From: Dimorphilus gyrociliatus
Lineage: Eukaryota; Animalia; Annelida
DNA: 64,000 nucleotides
Direction: 5' to 3'
Assembly (NCBI GenBank): GCA_904063045.1
Contig: CAJFCJ010000076.1
Coordinates: forward strand, 67,858-131,857
Shown here: in pieces, positions 1-13,089 of the stretch
Position numbering within the stretch: position 1 is the stretch's first letter
Layout of the letters: every line of letters starts with the position of its first letter
The notes under the pieces: generated by a model
Seen by the model: only the letters and a program-made list of their open reading frames with translations
What the model was told of the DNA's origin: nothing
Databases searched by the model: none
Position numbers and translations under genes: made by a program

Positions 1-1390
1 GTCCAAGTTATAATTCAATTAACTTGCCTAAGGTGTGGCCAAATTATAATTCAATTAACCCTTCCAAATGTTGAATCTTGTAACTTCCTGTTATTACAGA
101 TAAATATGAACTACACATTTCAGCAACTGTAAAGTGATGATTGGATATCAGAGGCAAACCTCAAAGTATATAAATCCTCACTATTTTCATTTTAAGCATT
201 TGTATCTGGATCCAAGAATATAATAGATTGGTGACTGAAATTAAAAGAATTAGAATCACAATTCCACCAGATTTTGGGAAATGGAACACCTCACTCAGCA
301 CAGGACTCAAATTTTGATATCACAATAGTAATTCAGACATTAAGGGCTGGTTGGGATTGCCTTCAAAAAACTCTCCTCAAGCTGTATGATGGACGCAAGG
401 AGTGTTTAAAATTCAAGGAAAACTTTAATCAGGCCTGTCATGCTTATGGTTGATTTGGTGAAGATGCTGTGAAAGCAAACCTTTTAGATTTATTTAACTG
501 GTACTGCAAAGGATTTGGTGTTAGCTGTTGATGACGAGCCTGCTGTAGAAGCAATATGGAAAGCCCTCCATGATGAATTTGATCTTTATTCTATGGAGTA
601 TCAAGAGAAACTGTTTACCTTAAAGCAAAAGAATGGAGAAAGTGTGGTTTAGTTTGTTAACAGAGCAAAGAAATTAATAAAGATGTTTTCTCCACTCAGA
701 CCAATGAAATCATAATTGCTTCCAACAATGAAAGAAATGAAACTGATGGAGTTTTTCAAAGAGGATTACAAAAGCATATTCTACATTTAATGTCAAACAT
801 TGTCAGAAACCTCATTAAAACTAACCCAGAGAAAACCAATCACAATGGTCTCCAAGTTGGAAACTCAAAAGAGAAAAGAGCCCAAAAGGATCCAAGTGAT
901 AAAAAATATTGTACTGTTCTTGCTGGCAAAATCTATGCATTTGCAAGTTATAACAATACTGGTTCTACTCGAACCTTTAAACAAATGTTTAAATTAAAAC
1001 GGTTTATTCGCAATAATAATACTTAAGCAAGTAACAATATGAGAGTTCGATAGCAGAGTAGATAGTTTGTAAAAGCAGGTTGCCAAATTACCAAACTGTC
1101 TTCTAATGTTGAGGAGTAGATGGATGGTTCCAGTGGAGGTTGTTTCCAGATGATTCTCCCAGGTCCTTGGGTCCAGATGGAAGCTGCATGCCAAATGAGA
1201 ATAGTGAGGATTTATATACTTTGAGGTTTGCCTCTGACATCCAATCATCACTTTACAGTTTTGCCGAAATGTGTAGTTCATATTTATGTTTAGTAAGAGG
1301 ATGTTACAAGGTTGAACATTTAGGAAGGTTAATTGAATTATAACTTGGCCACACCCTAGGCAAGTTAATTAAATTATAACTTGGCCAAAC
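1..1390. mobile_element. Long-TIR non-autonomous DNA element (~215-bp inverted arms; left end runs off the window) carrying a decayed gag fragment
   Basis: 1-215 matches the reverse complement of ~1170-1390, including a duplicated GGCCAAGTTATAATTCAATTAAC subterminal motif. Further copies of the arm lie at ~14268-14480, ~16990-17120 and ~10170-10230. Confidence 0.8.
350..690 (+). pseudogene. LTR-retrotransposon gag (capsid) remnant
   Basis: Manual translation gives KLYDGRKECLKFKENF...LTGTAK...IWKALHDEF...LFTLKQKNGESVV*FVNRAKKL, a Ty3/Gypsy-type gag pattern, with stops and a frameshift. Confidence 0.65.
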
Positions 1391-1935
1391 CTTTATTGGT
1401 AATTAAAGATGAGCCTTCAAGCTGACTAATCAGACTTATGTTTGGCCAATGTTATAGCATTTTCTTGCGTAGGTTTTAAGATGTACATGTATATGTTGCA
1501 TCAAATAATAGAGTTCAAGCATGTAAAATATAACCAAAGTTGTACAATATGCTTTTACAGAAACCCCAAATTTTTGGAATAGAAAGCATGGACCTGACTT
1601 GAAAAACACTACTAAAGAAAAGTGGTCCAACCAAAAAATCCAAAACTATACACCACCTTTAACAATATTAAAAGAAAAATCAACCAGCAAAGTTAATCCT
1701 GAAAGAGGAACCTAACGTAAAAAAATTGGAAACATTAGCCAATAACAGCATGTCAGAAAATTATAAAGTTTAAGATATTCTCTGCTTTTCAGATAGTGAA
1801 GAAGCCATTTGTGAGTTGTTACAAAGTAAACAATCAGAATGAAATGTTTCAACATTTATTGGACAATTTAAAACTAACACTGGTTTTAAGGTTTATCCTT
1901 TGACTCTGAAAGTGACAGATCTTTCATTTCAAAAT

Positions 1936-2119
1936 GGATGCGACAGAAAATGTCCACAAATCAGTGCTTTTACCCTAACCCTAACCCAGCCCTTTGCTTT
2001 ACCTAACCTTTTCCTTTACCCTTAGTATAAATCAGTTGCTGTCTTCTTCTTACTAACCATTTCTCAATCGAAAATCTTGTCTTGAAATTTATCATTTGTA
2101 GATGTTTTCTGTTGACCCC
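1936..2119 (+). mobile_element. Mutator-type MITE (family A) containing TAACCC repeats
   Basis: Runs GGATGCGACAGAAAATGTCC to GTTTTCTGTTGACCCC as terminal inverted repeats, with a perfect 9-bp TSD TTTCAAAAT (1927-1935 / 2120-2128). Confidence 0.85.
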
Positions 2120-3199
2120 TTTCAAAATAGGTATTAAGACAAATACAAGGAATAGCATCCTTCCCAGAACAAGCTGGGGCAGAGGGTCTACTGATTGTAG
2201 ATGGTGGTGGACCTCCTATGCTATAGCCTTTCACAATCATGTTTTTCCAATACCTGTCTCTTTTCCATTTTTTTCAAAATTGATCCCAGACTGCTTTCAA
2301 ACAATGATAATGAAAAAGTATAGAGTTCTGACTCTTATTTTTTTTCAATTGTCAACTGATCATTTTTATTCTTTGGTCTATGGTATGGTCAAACTAGAGG
2401 TTCATAACAGAAAATAATAATCTAGTTCACAATATATACATCTGTTAAATTTGATTGCCAGAGAACACTATGATCATCTAAGGATTTAAAAGTTTTAACA
2501 TTACTAATTATTCAAATTCTGTGATCAATTTATCTGTTATATTTCTTGGAAATTTGGATACTAAGCCTAATTAAAGAGCAGTGGATATAAAGTGAATTGC
2601 ATACAAATTGGAATACCTTGAATTTTGACAGGCTGAACATTAATTGCTGACTCTAATTGTTTTTATTTAGAGAGCAAACTGCCAAAGGGATACTGCTTAA
2701 AGAATTCATTGAATGGTCGAGTTCATTACAAATATTCAAAATTCCAGCTCAAAATCTCTCTGTAGTTTCTAATTTTCCCACGATTGTGACTAATATTCAT
2801 GATTAGACTCTTCTAACTTAAATCCTTCTTTGATAGATCTTATTTTAAAGGAATTAGAATAGCGAAACATTAGAAAAAAACCACTTTTTGATGGAATTAA
2901 TAACCGAAACCTAAGAAAGACCTTATTTAGTGGAATTAGATGCTTTGAATTCTAGAAAGGCTTTTAGTTCGCACAAAGTATAATTGTCTGAAGAAAACAG
3001 ATGTTGCCACGGTGGTATAAACAATGGAACAAAGAACAGGAAAAAATGCATGTCAAAATTGTTACATCTTATTGAATAACAGATGCTGAAAACTAAGGCT
3101 TGTTTTCGAAGTACCACATGCATAACCTATATCATATAACTGTTTTTCATACCTTTGTTGTACGTTCATTGTAAGATCGTTACAACTCAACTTTGCGTT

Positions 3200-3470
3200 C
3201 CTTTGAACAATTGAACCGAAGCTTTGGTAAATGTATAAAAGGAAATGCATTTCCTCAGTTCGTCAGTTCAGTTTTAAATGTTAGCTAGTTGTTTAAACTT
3301 GCTTGTTTAGAACTAAAACTCATTATACTCAATACATACTCTTTGCATGAAATACTGGCGGTTCATTGATTAATTTTTGCCGGAATTGCGTTCGTTGAGA
3401 CTACCTGTGGGACGAACTTGAAAGGTTCTATTTGGACCAGTACTTTGGTTTATTGGTAAATGATTGGTGA
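3200..3470 (+). repeat. Dispersed repeat family B
   Basis: The core AAGCTTTGGTAAATGTATAAAAGGAAATGCATTTCC...TTTAAACTTGCTTGTTTAGAACTAAAACTCAT recurs at ~17430-17470 (+), ~40840-41060 (-) and ~63690-63850 (-), with a short piece at ~20320 (-). Confidence 0.75.
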
Positions 3471-3910
3471 GGACGAATTCAATCGTAACGAACTCGAGAT
3501 TTCTACAATTACCATACAACTCTGTACAATAGGATTAATAAAATCTTTAGACAATAACATTTCCTAAAATGAGTTTCTTGACAACATATAAACAATGATA
3601 AGTTGTCAAAAATATCAGCTTTGAAAATATTCTATTGTTAATTTAGACTTTTAATTCACATTGAACATTTTCTAAACGGCACATATTTGGATCAGTTGTG
3701 CTATTGTAAATAGATTAAGCTTCACAACCTATAGAATCGAATTTGAATAATCTTCAGAAAATTGGCACAAGTACAGCTTTCTTGAATGGTATTTTAAAAT
3801 ATCTATGACGATCAGGATTTCAGTGGTATTACATTAAATGGAATTAACTCTCACAGCTCCCACAATTAAAGTAGTGTCTCTGGCAAACAGTAGTAAATTA
3901 GCAATATAAA

Positions 3911-6900
3911 ATGCTATCTACAGTTTGCTTACTTGCTCAAATATTCACAGGTAATTTAAAATTATTATTATCCAAAATTCAATTTTCCTAACCCTAAAAA
4001 TGACCCAAGCCTAACTTTAGAGTTTAAGTATCTTAGGATATTTTGTCTCATCACTTCTCTGCACTATCAATAATTGTTTATACCCTGAAAATAGTTTGTC
4101 AATTGGCAACAATTTCGGAAGACAACATTTATAGCTGCGAAAAAATTCTTCACAGTAAACCCGTAACATCTTGTTGGCAATGCAAGGAAGGAAGTATTCC
4201 ATCAAAAGACAAATTGACTTGTTTAGGTAAGATAAACAAAAAAAATCTTTGTTCAATTAAGCTTTTTTTGACACATACGATTTTTGTAGATTGTCCAGAA
4301 TTTTGTACAAATACTGGATGTCTATTGGATAATCAGGGTAAAACTATATGTAAATCTTGTAAAGAACATTACTACTTAAAGGAAAATACATGTTTTGGTA
4401 AAAAAAATTAAATACTATAACCAATTTATTCTTTGACTATTCTTCAATATTGTATTATGTTTTTCTTACTTGTTTAGCATGTTCCAATGGGTGTAAAAAT
4501 TGTACAAGTTCAAGTATATGTCTAGAATGCTATTCAAATTATGCTGCAAGTGATTCTACTAAAGAATGTATCAAATGTCCCACAAATTGCAACAAGTGTA
4601 CATGGAATTTTAAAACTTCTCTAGTTGAATGTAGTAGTTGTAACCCACTCTATACTCTGAAAGATACTACATGCATAGGTATATCATTATCAATTTATAA
4701 TTATCCCTAGTAACTTGACAATATAATCTTTTAGCTTGCGGATCCAACTGTAAATCTTGCACATACAGCAAAGATAAAGGAGTAAGTTGCAGTTTATGCC
4801 AAAATGATTCGTATAAACAAGTTGATAGCAACAACATAGCAACGTGTAAACAATGTTCCAGTTCTATAGCTGACTGTTTAAAATGTTCGGATAAGGATAC
4901 TTGTACAGAGTGTCTCTCAAAGCAATATGCCATAACAACATCAAAGAAATGCGAAAAATGTAGCTCCATCAATGATCAATGCATTGAATGCGATGCGAGT
5001 AGTGGAACGAATGTCTGCAAAAAATGTAAATCTGGATTCTATGTTAAGAGTGGAAGCTGTGAATCATGTCCGAGAAACTGCGATACTTGCTCTGAAAGTG
5101 GTAATGTTGTCAAATGTACTAAATGCCTTCGTGAGTACATACCAATCAAGGCTAAGATATGCGATAGATGCCCCGATAATTGTCAAGAATGTGAAATATC
5201 TAATAATAAACTTGTCTGTAAATCTGGTCGTTGTTTACCAACATACGCCCTCGATTTGAATGGACTGTGCTCAAAATGTCCAAGTAATTGTAATGTTTGC
5301 AGTTGGAGTTTGTCAAATTCTAGAACTGAGTGTAGTGGTTCGGAAAAGAGTCATTCCTGCATTGAGAGCAGCAGTGGAAATTCTTGGGTAAAAAAGAATG
5401 ATGGAACATGCTCAGGTTAACATTTTAACATTGCTAGAAACAATTAATTCAATTTCTTTATTTACTTATAGCCTGTCCAAATAGTTGTAGTAAGTGTCAT
5501 TTCGAAACAAGTGATCAAACAAAAACTCTCTGTTACCCTTCAAAATGCCACTTGGGATATGGGTATGACGATGAAACCGGAAATTGCGTACAATGTCCTT
5601 CCGGTTGCGACTACTGTAAAAAGAGATCAACTGGTGTAGTTTGCCTGAAATGTAATGGTAAATACGCTCCCAAGTACTCATCGATTTCAACTATAGAATC
5701 ATGTTTACCCTGCTCAATTCAAAATTGCGAATATTGTGAAGTGATCAATGGAGAAGCTCAGTGTTTAAGATCACCTTGTGCTTCTAAAGCAACAAGTTCC
5801 CAGAATAAAAAATATAAATTTTCAACTAAAACTTGTGATTCAGATTGTCCAGAAGATTTAGCTTGTAATACTGGAATGATCAATGATGAACACGACATCT
5901 GCTTTTGTAGATCCTGTCCAAAGGGGAGCGTTGTCATATTAGCTGGTCAATCGGCAGGAATTTGTGCAAGTTGCGGAAATGGATGCGAAGAATGCGTATT
6001 AAATTCAGACCAGACAGATATTGAATGTAAAACTTGTACAGTAGGTCAATGGGTGTCTGTTGAAATTGGTGGTATTTTAAAAAGAGGCTGTTACGGTATG
6101 AATTTGAATATTTAAATTAGAAATTAATTATAGATATTTGTATTTTGATTTTAAAGATTGTAACCAAGCAACACTTCAATGTAAAACATTAGAATTAGTA
6201 GGAAATGTATGCAGGTGTAAAAGTGGGGGTTGTATTGGTGACCAAACAGATATAACAAAACAGACTGTACTGCAAGAAGATTCAATGTCAACTTATAGAA
6301 AATGCAAAGGTTTTTTTCAAGTTTATTTATCCATGTTATCAACTACTCAATAACAATGATTTATTCTTCACTTAAAAGCTTGCTCTGAGCAGTATCCTAA
6401 TGGATTATGGTGCTCTGGAAAATTAACTGGATCTCCAGCCCATGCCCTTGAATTATGTCAGTATAGTTATGTTGAAAATCCAGCATCGCCCAATAGTTGC
6501 TTAGGTATTTCTTGAACAAAATATTCAATTACTATCTTTTACTTTTGATTTGATTGACCTAATTTTCGCCATAGAAATACAAGATTCTTGTATCGACTGG
6601 AGCAATACAGAGGGAGCTTCTGGAAAAGTAACATGTTCATCTTGCTTTAGTTCACATTTGACTACAGGCCAGTGTACACCTTGCACAGACAACTGTGTAT
6701 CTTGCATTGTAGATGGCCCTTCTCAATATTGCTTAAAGTGTATAGATGGTATGTCAGGAAGGAACTGTGCACCTGGTAAGGCCACATGTACAGAGAAGCC
6801 ACCCAATTGTGAGGAAATTTTACAAGAGAAGAGGGGTTCCGTATGTGAGTGCACTAAATGCTTAAGTGGATTTGCAATCAAACAATTTCATGCTCTATTT

Positions 6901-9900
6901 GGTTCTGCTTATAGGATTGGACTGGAATGTGACCCAGAGACCACATCATCAGTAATACCTGGTTGCCATCAAAAGTATAACAGCCCAACAGGAACTATAT
7001 GCACTAGGTGTACTGATAATTATGTTTTAGATTCCGATATATGTCAACCAGGAATTCCCAATTGTAAAGCTTCATATAGCTTTTATAAAGATCCAGCAGG
7101 AGGATCATCAAAAGTTCCTGGATGTAAGGTTGCAAAACCTAATTATATTCTAACTCCTGGAAGTACTAGTTCTATTATTGCTGTTCCAACTGCAAATCAA
7201 GGTGGCACTGCCTGTAAAGGTTATGTAGCTGCCTCCGGTTCTTTTGCAGCAGATAAGAGTAGATGTGGAGCTTGTACTGTTGGGCATGTTCTTGACTCTG
7301 GAAATGCTATTAAATACGAATGTTTCCCTTGTTCTGCCTCAAATCTGGATCATTGTATATTTGCAGTGGTATCAGAAGGTAAATGCCTTTGTGGAAGATG
7401 TAGAGCTGATACAGCCGATAAAATATATTTTAAACATCCAAGTCAACCTGGTTGTATTGAAACTTCAAAAATTACTGATTGCACAACTCACAGCATCAGA
7501 TTGAAAAATGGTCAATACAGTGTGAGTTGTTCTCAGTGCTCAACTGGTTCTGTCGCTAATGACTACTTTTCATGTATTCCATGTACAAAACTATGCACTG
7601 GAGGAACAAAAGTTGGCTGTATTTGCGATTGTTCTGCAGTTGGTTTCGTAAATAGCCAACAGACTGACTGCATCAGTTGCTTAGTAGCTAGTAAACCATT
7701 TTGCGCAGAAGTAGAACTTGATAACAACATATGCAAATGTAAAAAATGTAACCCTAATTATGCACTAACAGCTGATAGGTCAGGCTGTGTTAGCTGCCAA
7801 ACTGGTCCTGGTGGTGCAACATCTAATTGTGAAGTTTGTAATTTAGCTGTGACCAGCCCACTAAATGAAGTTATTGCGTGCACACAATGCAGTAGCGATT
7901 ATACAATATTGCAATCTTCGTCACCTGCAACAAATCCAACTTGTACTAAATGTCACGAAGGCTGTTCAAAATGTAGTGCTGATTCATCTGGCAATACAAA
8001 ATGTACCATTTGTAAAGTTGGCTACATATTGAGCAATTCTGGTACTTGTATTCAATGTCCACAAAGTCCGGCACCATGCACTGAATGTAGGTTGGACCCT
8101 TCAGATCAAACAAGAGCAATATGTTTAGCTTTTGGCTGTTCAACTGGAGCTTTTAGAGATGCAGATTTCACATGTGAATCATGTACAATAAGTGATTGTG
8201 AAATTTGTATTAGAAACATTGAAGGCAATTTAAAATGTCTGAAATGTAATAAAGGAAATTTTTTGGAAAGTAGTGGCTCTTGTCAAAATTGCGTAGCCGG
8301 ATGTGATTTTTGTCTAGATGCTACTTCCTGTATTCCTAATGGCTGTAAACTTGGATTTACAAGGCACAGAACAAATGGACAGTGTATACCATGCTCAACA
8401 GATAATTCTGTTGCAAGATGCTCTTATAAAGATGCAGTTAATGAAACACTCATACCAGAAGAGTGTATGAAAGGATACAAATTGAACACAACTCAATCTC
8501 CAGCATCGTGTAACAGTGTGTATTTTACTTTTGGCATTTAAAACAAACAGTCGAAAATTAAAAATTTTTTGAACAGGTTGTAGTCCAAATTGTGAAAATT
8601 GCGAAATAAATGGACAAGGTAGATGCGATTCTGGAAACTGTAAATCTGGTTATTTTTACAATGATGACGATCAACAATGCTACGAAAAAAGATACGGTTG
8701 CTTAAATTCAGTAAGAAAGAATGATCAGACTGTGTGTACTTCTTGCGATCTATCAACTCGTGTTTTGGTTGGTAATTCTTGCATTTTCTGTCCAACTGGC
8801 TGTAATGGATGCTCCTATGATTTCACAATAAAAAAATTTACTTGCTCCAATTGCAATTCTAAATATTACAAGACAGATGAGAATTTATGTTCATTATGTC
8901 CAGAAGGATGTGAAGATTGTTCATTAAGTGATGGAACTGTTACCTGTACAAAATGTCTTCCTAAGTACGGATTGAAAGGTTCAATTTGCAGTAAATGCGG
9001 ATATAAGGAATGCCAATCTTGCGAAATGATTTCCGGTAGCACAACTCTAGTATGCTCAACATGTTCAAACAGTTATTATTTAAATGATGTTGAATGTGGA
9101 CAATGTCCAAAATTTTGTCAGGAATGCTCCTATAATGAAGAATATAAATGCTCTCAATGCTATGATAAATATGTTCTGGCAAATGATGGTAAATGTCTAC
9201 CTTGTCCATCAAATTGCCAAACTTGTATAGTTGACTCGACCAATACTGTAAAATGTACAAAATGTCTATCAAACGAGTTTTCACTCCAACCAACTGGGAT
9301 TTGTTTGTCATGTTCAGCAGCAACATTTCCTAAATGCGTTACATGCAGTGAAACTCCTACAAATGGACAAGCAATATGTCATAGTTGCGAAAAAGGTTAC
9401 AATTTATTAGGCAATAATAAGGTTTGTCAATCATGCGAAATTGATGGTTGTAATCAATGTATATATGGAAAAGTTTGTGAATCTTGTAAACCAGGTTTTA
9501 ATCTCCATAATTTCAATAGACAATGTTCCAGTGAGTAGTATTTCTTTAAAATTTACCTTTAAACAATAGAATTTTGAATAATTTTATCTTTTAGGGAAAT
9601 GTTTTGAATGTAGAGGAAGTTTGGAAGATTGCGGAAAAGATATATCAAATTTGCAGAACTCAACAGATAAAATTCGCTTAATTGATTGCGGAATAGGGGA
9701 TTGTTGGGCTCACAGAGTATCAACAAATTCATTGTTAACATTTGAAAGGAATTGTTCTATTGATATCTGCACATCTTCAACAACAAATGAGCATTGTAAA
9801 TCTGTTAATGGTGTAACTCAATGTTCCAAGTGTTGTTCAGGAGAGAAATGTAACATTTGGGAATTGGATGGAAAGGCAGGTGTAGAAAGATGTGCAAGTT

Positions 9901-9956
9901 TCTCAATGTTTATAATTTACACATCCTTTATCACTTTTACATATTTATTATATTAA
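3911..9956 (+). CDS. 1770-aa secreted/GPI-anchored cysteine-rich protein: CxxC furin-like/VSP-like repeats plus a C-terminal Ly6/uPAR (LU/Quiver-like) domain
   Basis: Exons 3911-3950, 4095-4226, 4290-4397, 4478-4678, 4735-5415, 5472-6095, 6157-6309, 6379-6504, 6584-8515, 8577-9530, 9595-9956. All introns are GT-AG and phase 1, and all internal exons are multiples of 3. Signal-like start MLSTVCLLAQIFTVCQLA; ends CCSGEKCN...GKAG followed by a hydrophobic tail. Confidence 0.85.
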
Positions 9957-10479
9957 TTTTTGAGATTAAATTTGAGTTAAAATGTCTTCAATGTTGTAGA
10001 AGGAGGACACTTCTCTACGAAAGAGAGATTGTAAATTAACAGTTACTGATTATGTATGTTTTATTCCTTTCAAAAATCCTGCACTGTGATCCATAAAACA
10101 GTAGCCACCTTGATCTTAGAATTTCATCAGGAATTCCAAAGATTTATTTTATGTAGTCATCCTAAAGATAGATAGTTTGTATTAGCAGGTTACCCAGTTA
10201 CCAAACTAGAATCTAACATTAAAGTTTAGATTATTATTAGATTATTAGAGGAATAATAGCAAAAATCTATTACTTATAGTGCAGGAGGAAAACTTTTCCA
10301 TTAACCACCCATTGATGGTGAATCTCTTGCTACGATTAAGTAAAACTGTCACTGTTGACACATATGGAAAAAAAATATGATAATGAATGTATTGAAGAGG
10401 TATTATACTATATGTTAACTAAAGAAAAGAATAGATAATAGCAATAAATACAGTATAAGAAGTCTGGATTAATAATTCA

Positions 10480-11040
10480 TCATATAATATCCTTCCAAGC
10501 CTATAATCATCCCAGAATTAAGATATTTTCTTCTCTATATCACCATATTTTTTCTCTGATATTTGATTATCTTCTTCTCAGAGACAAGTTTTTCATAAAT
10601 GCAAACCATATCAGCCTCTCTTTTCAATTCATCAATCAACAAATAGAATGATCCTTTTCATTGTACTTTATTATTTATTCTATTGTGCCATCCTTCCATA
10701 CTATTATTAGTCCTTATTGATAATCCAAATATTGACCAATTCAATGTTTTCCAAGTAGAATTCAAAATCCAAAGACTTTCAAAATATTCCAGCAAGTCTG
10801 AAAATTTTCTCTTTTCTTCCATCAACCCCTAATTATCTGAAAATTGTAATCCATAACTTCTTGGCAAGTATAAACCGCATTGACTGATATTTCATCATTT
10901 TTTGCATTTGAATCTCTCAGACCATCACTTTTTCTGTTATCTGTTGCCTCTTCCTCAATCTTATCATCTTCATTCTCATCCAATGCAAATCTTTCATTCC
11001 TTGATCTTCTAGTCTCGTCCTTTGAAGAAGACACTGTCTT
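10480..11040 (-). mobile_element. Internally deleted MULE transposase remnant
   Basis: An acidic N-terminal segment ending NFQIIRG is joined to LLEYFESLW...WSIFGLSIRTNNSMEGWHNRIN and ELKREAD...LVSEKKIIKYQRK, homologous to the 17.7-18.2 kb transposase C-terminus. Confidence 0.8.
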
Positions 11041-11229
11041 TTTTCACAATCCAGACAAACTAACAGCCTGGAATCTGAAAGGAAATAAATGTATATTTAC
11101 AATTGACCAGATGAGAGTAGAATATTTTGAAATATTGATTGATAATATTGGTGAACAAAATCTAAAGTTTTATTTATCATGATATTTTTATTTTCTTAAA
11201 AAAATTCATTTAAAGTTTTTTCATCATTC

Positions 11230-11480
11230 TATGAAGTTGTCAATGTCCAAATTTTTTGTTTGGGTTTTTTCTCAAACTCTTTTATTAGATAATTAGCTGA
11301 AAAGTATTCTTGAAATAATAAATAATACAGTTGTAACTCTTTTTTCTTCATATAATTGGAAAAGAGTTTTCTTAAAAATATTCCCTTTCTCTTTCCAAAT
11401 ATAGAAAAGAATCATTGGTAAAAGTGGTACTTGACAAAAATTTTGTTTCTTTGGATATTTCTTGACAACATTTTTAATAA
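11230..11480 (-). pseudogene. NACHT (NLR) domain remnant
   Basis: FCQVPLLPMILFYIW (HD1-like) and, in a shifted frame, LLFQEYFSANYLI (winged-helix FQEYFAA-like motif). Confidence 0.55.
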
Positions 11481-11613
11481 ATTCAAAAACATTTCAGAAG
11501 AGTTTTGAATTGAATATTATTCCAACCTGTTAATTCAAATGCATAGTCTCAAGTTGTTATAATCTGTTTACCTTTCCATTTTCTTTCTAGAAAGCCATTC
11601 TACTATTATCAAA

Positions 11614-12487
11614 ACAGTGTGTGCAATATATTCTATTAAACTATCCATAGATATTGTTATTTGCTACCCAGCATTAGTATCACAGTTTAATAATCTTTAA
11701 ATTTATAAATTTCAATCAAAAGCAGTTCAATTAAATATCAATTATGCTTTAATTCTATTTTCTTTAAAATTCTTTTTTTAAATAAAGAGTGGAGTCTACT
11801 CAAGAGTTTATTTACAAATATATAGATTTTAAATTCTAAAGTGTATTATGTGAAACAAGTAGGCCATATTTTAGGCTTAGTTATTTGTTAAATGTAATAA
11901 TTGTTTTTATTTTTTGCCAAACCGACTTTTATAGAAAAATCTTGCATCAAAATTCTTGAAGTAATTTATATTAAAATGTCTTTGAAATTTTACACCCATT
12001 GATAATGACTTTGTAAGAAGATTTAGTAAGTTAAAGAAAACTTACCCAATTCAGTCCTATATTTACAAGGCTTGTTCTGTTATTGGCAACTAGAATTTGA
12101 ATAGTGTTGATCAACACTGTAGCCATGTCAACACATCAATAGTTGGGAATGTTGACAAAGCACTCCAAAGAAAATCTCTATAGGCCTATTGGTAACAAAG
12201 TAAAAGTAATGTAGTTTGTATACATACATTTGTCAGCTATACCCTACAATAGATAAGTAGTATTGAACCAGTATTGTACTATGCACATAGCACTGATGGA
12301 GATAAGCAGTATTCACCTAATTTAGAGAAGGGCACTGCATATACAGTGTGCAACAATAAAACCTGTTAAATTATATATGGAATATTGCTATTTGCAACCT
12401 AGCATTAATATTACAATTTATTAATCTATAAATTTATGAATTTCAACTAAAAGCAGTTCAATTAAATATCAATTATGCTTTAATTCT
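11614..12487 (+). repeat. Diverged direct repeat of ~140 bp (11614-11757 and 12343-12487)
   Basis: Both copies end in an identical AAAAGCAGTTCAATTAAATATCAATTATGCTTTAATTCTA and are similar upstream. Confidence 0.8.
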
Positions 12488-12549
12488 AAGTTTAGATTAT
12501 ATTCACTATTCAACAGTATTGTATACACAAAATCTCAGAAGAAACAGTG

Positions 12550-12960
12550 AAAAATGCTAGAGAAGCTTCACCCTGACCATTTGGGAGGAGGAAATAAATT
12601 CTTTTTTACAATGGTCCCTGAATTCCATAAAAATAATATTCACAATCACCATGGTCCCAGAATGACATTACAAATAATTACAAAGACCTTTTGGTACCCA
12701 AAATTAAAGATTACGATTGAGAATTCATTAAGGATTGCACTTTGTGTGAACAAATGAATGGTAGAAGTAGAGTATACCCTTTGGTAGAAATATTTCATCT
12801 TACATCACCAATGGAGTGGTGGCCATGGATATAATTGGACCTTTACCCATGGTTATGTCATACAGATTCATATTTGTGGTAGTGGATCATTTCAGTAGAT
12901 ACACAGTTCTATATGCACTAAAACAGCAAACCAGTAAAGAAATTGCAAATCTTCTTTTCA
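12550..12960 (+). mobile_element. Gypsy integrase fragment
   Basis: HHG...TLQIITKTFWYPKL (zinc-binding region) and AMDIIGPLP...IFVVVDHFSRYT...LKQQTSKEIA (rve start). Confidence 0.75.
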
Positions 12961-13089
12961 ACATATGTGAGGAAGGAAATTAATCAATTAGTGGAGGAAG
13001 AAAATCAGCAAACCTATCCTTGATTCAAGAATTTTTGAACCAATCACCTGTAGGAAGTACAGGACTATCACCACAAAAAAATATTCTGC

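Noticed and set aside
1410-1520. Possible integrase zinc-finger fragment (YVWP...C..C)
   Set aside because: Too short and stop-ridden to support a call.
4017-9741. Short antisense or overlapping ORFs over the Cys-rich gene (and similar ones over other genes)
   Set aside because: They are shadows of real exons, with no motifs or splice support.
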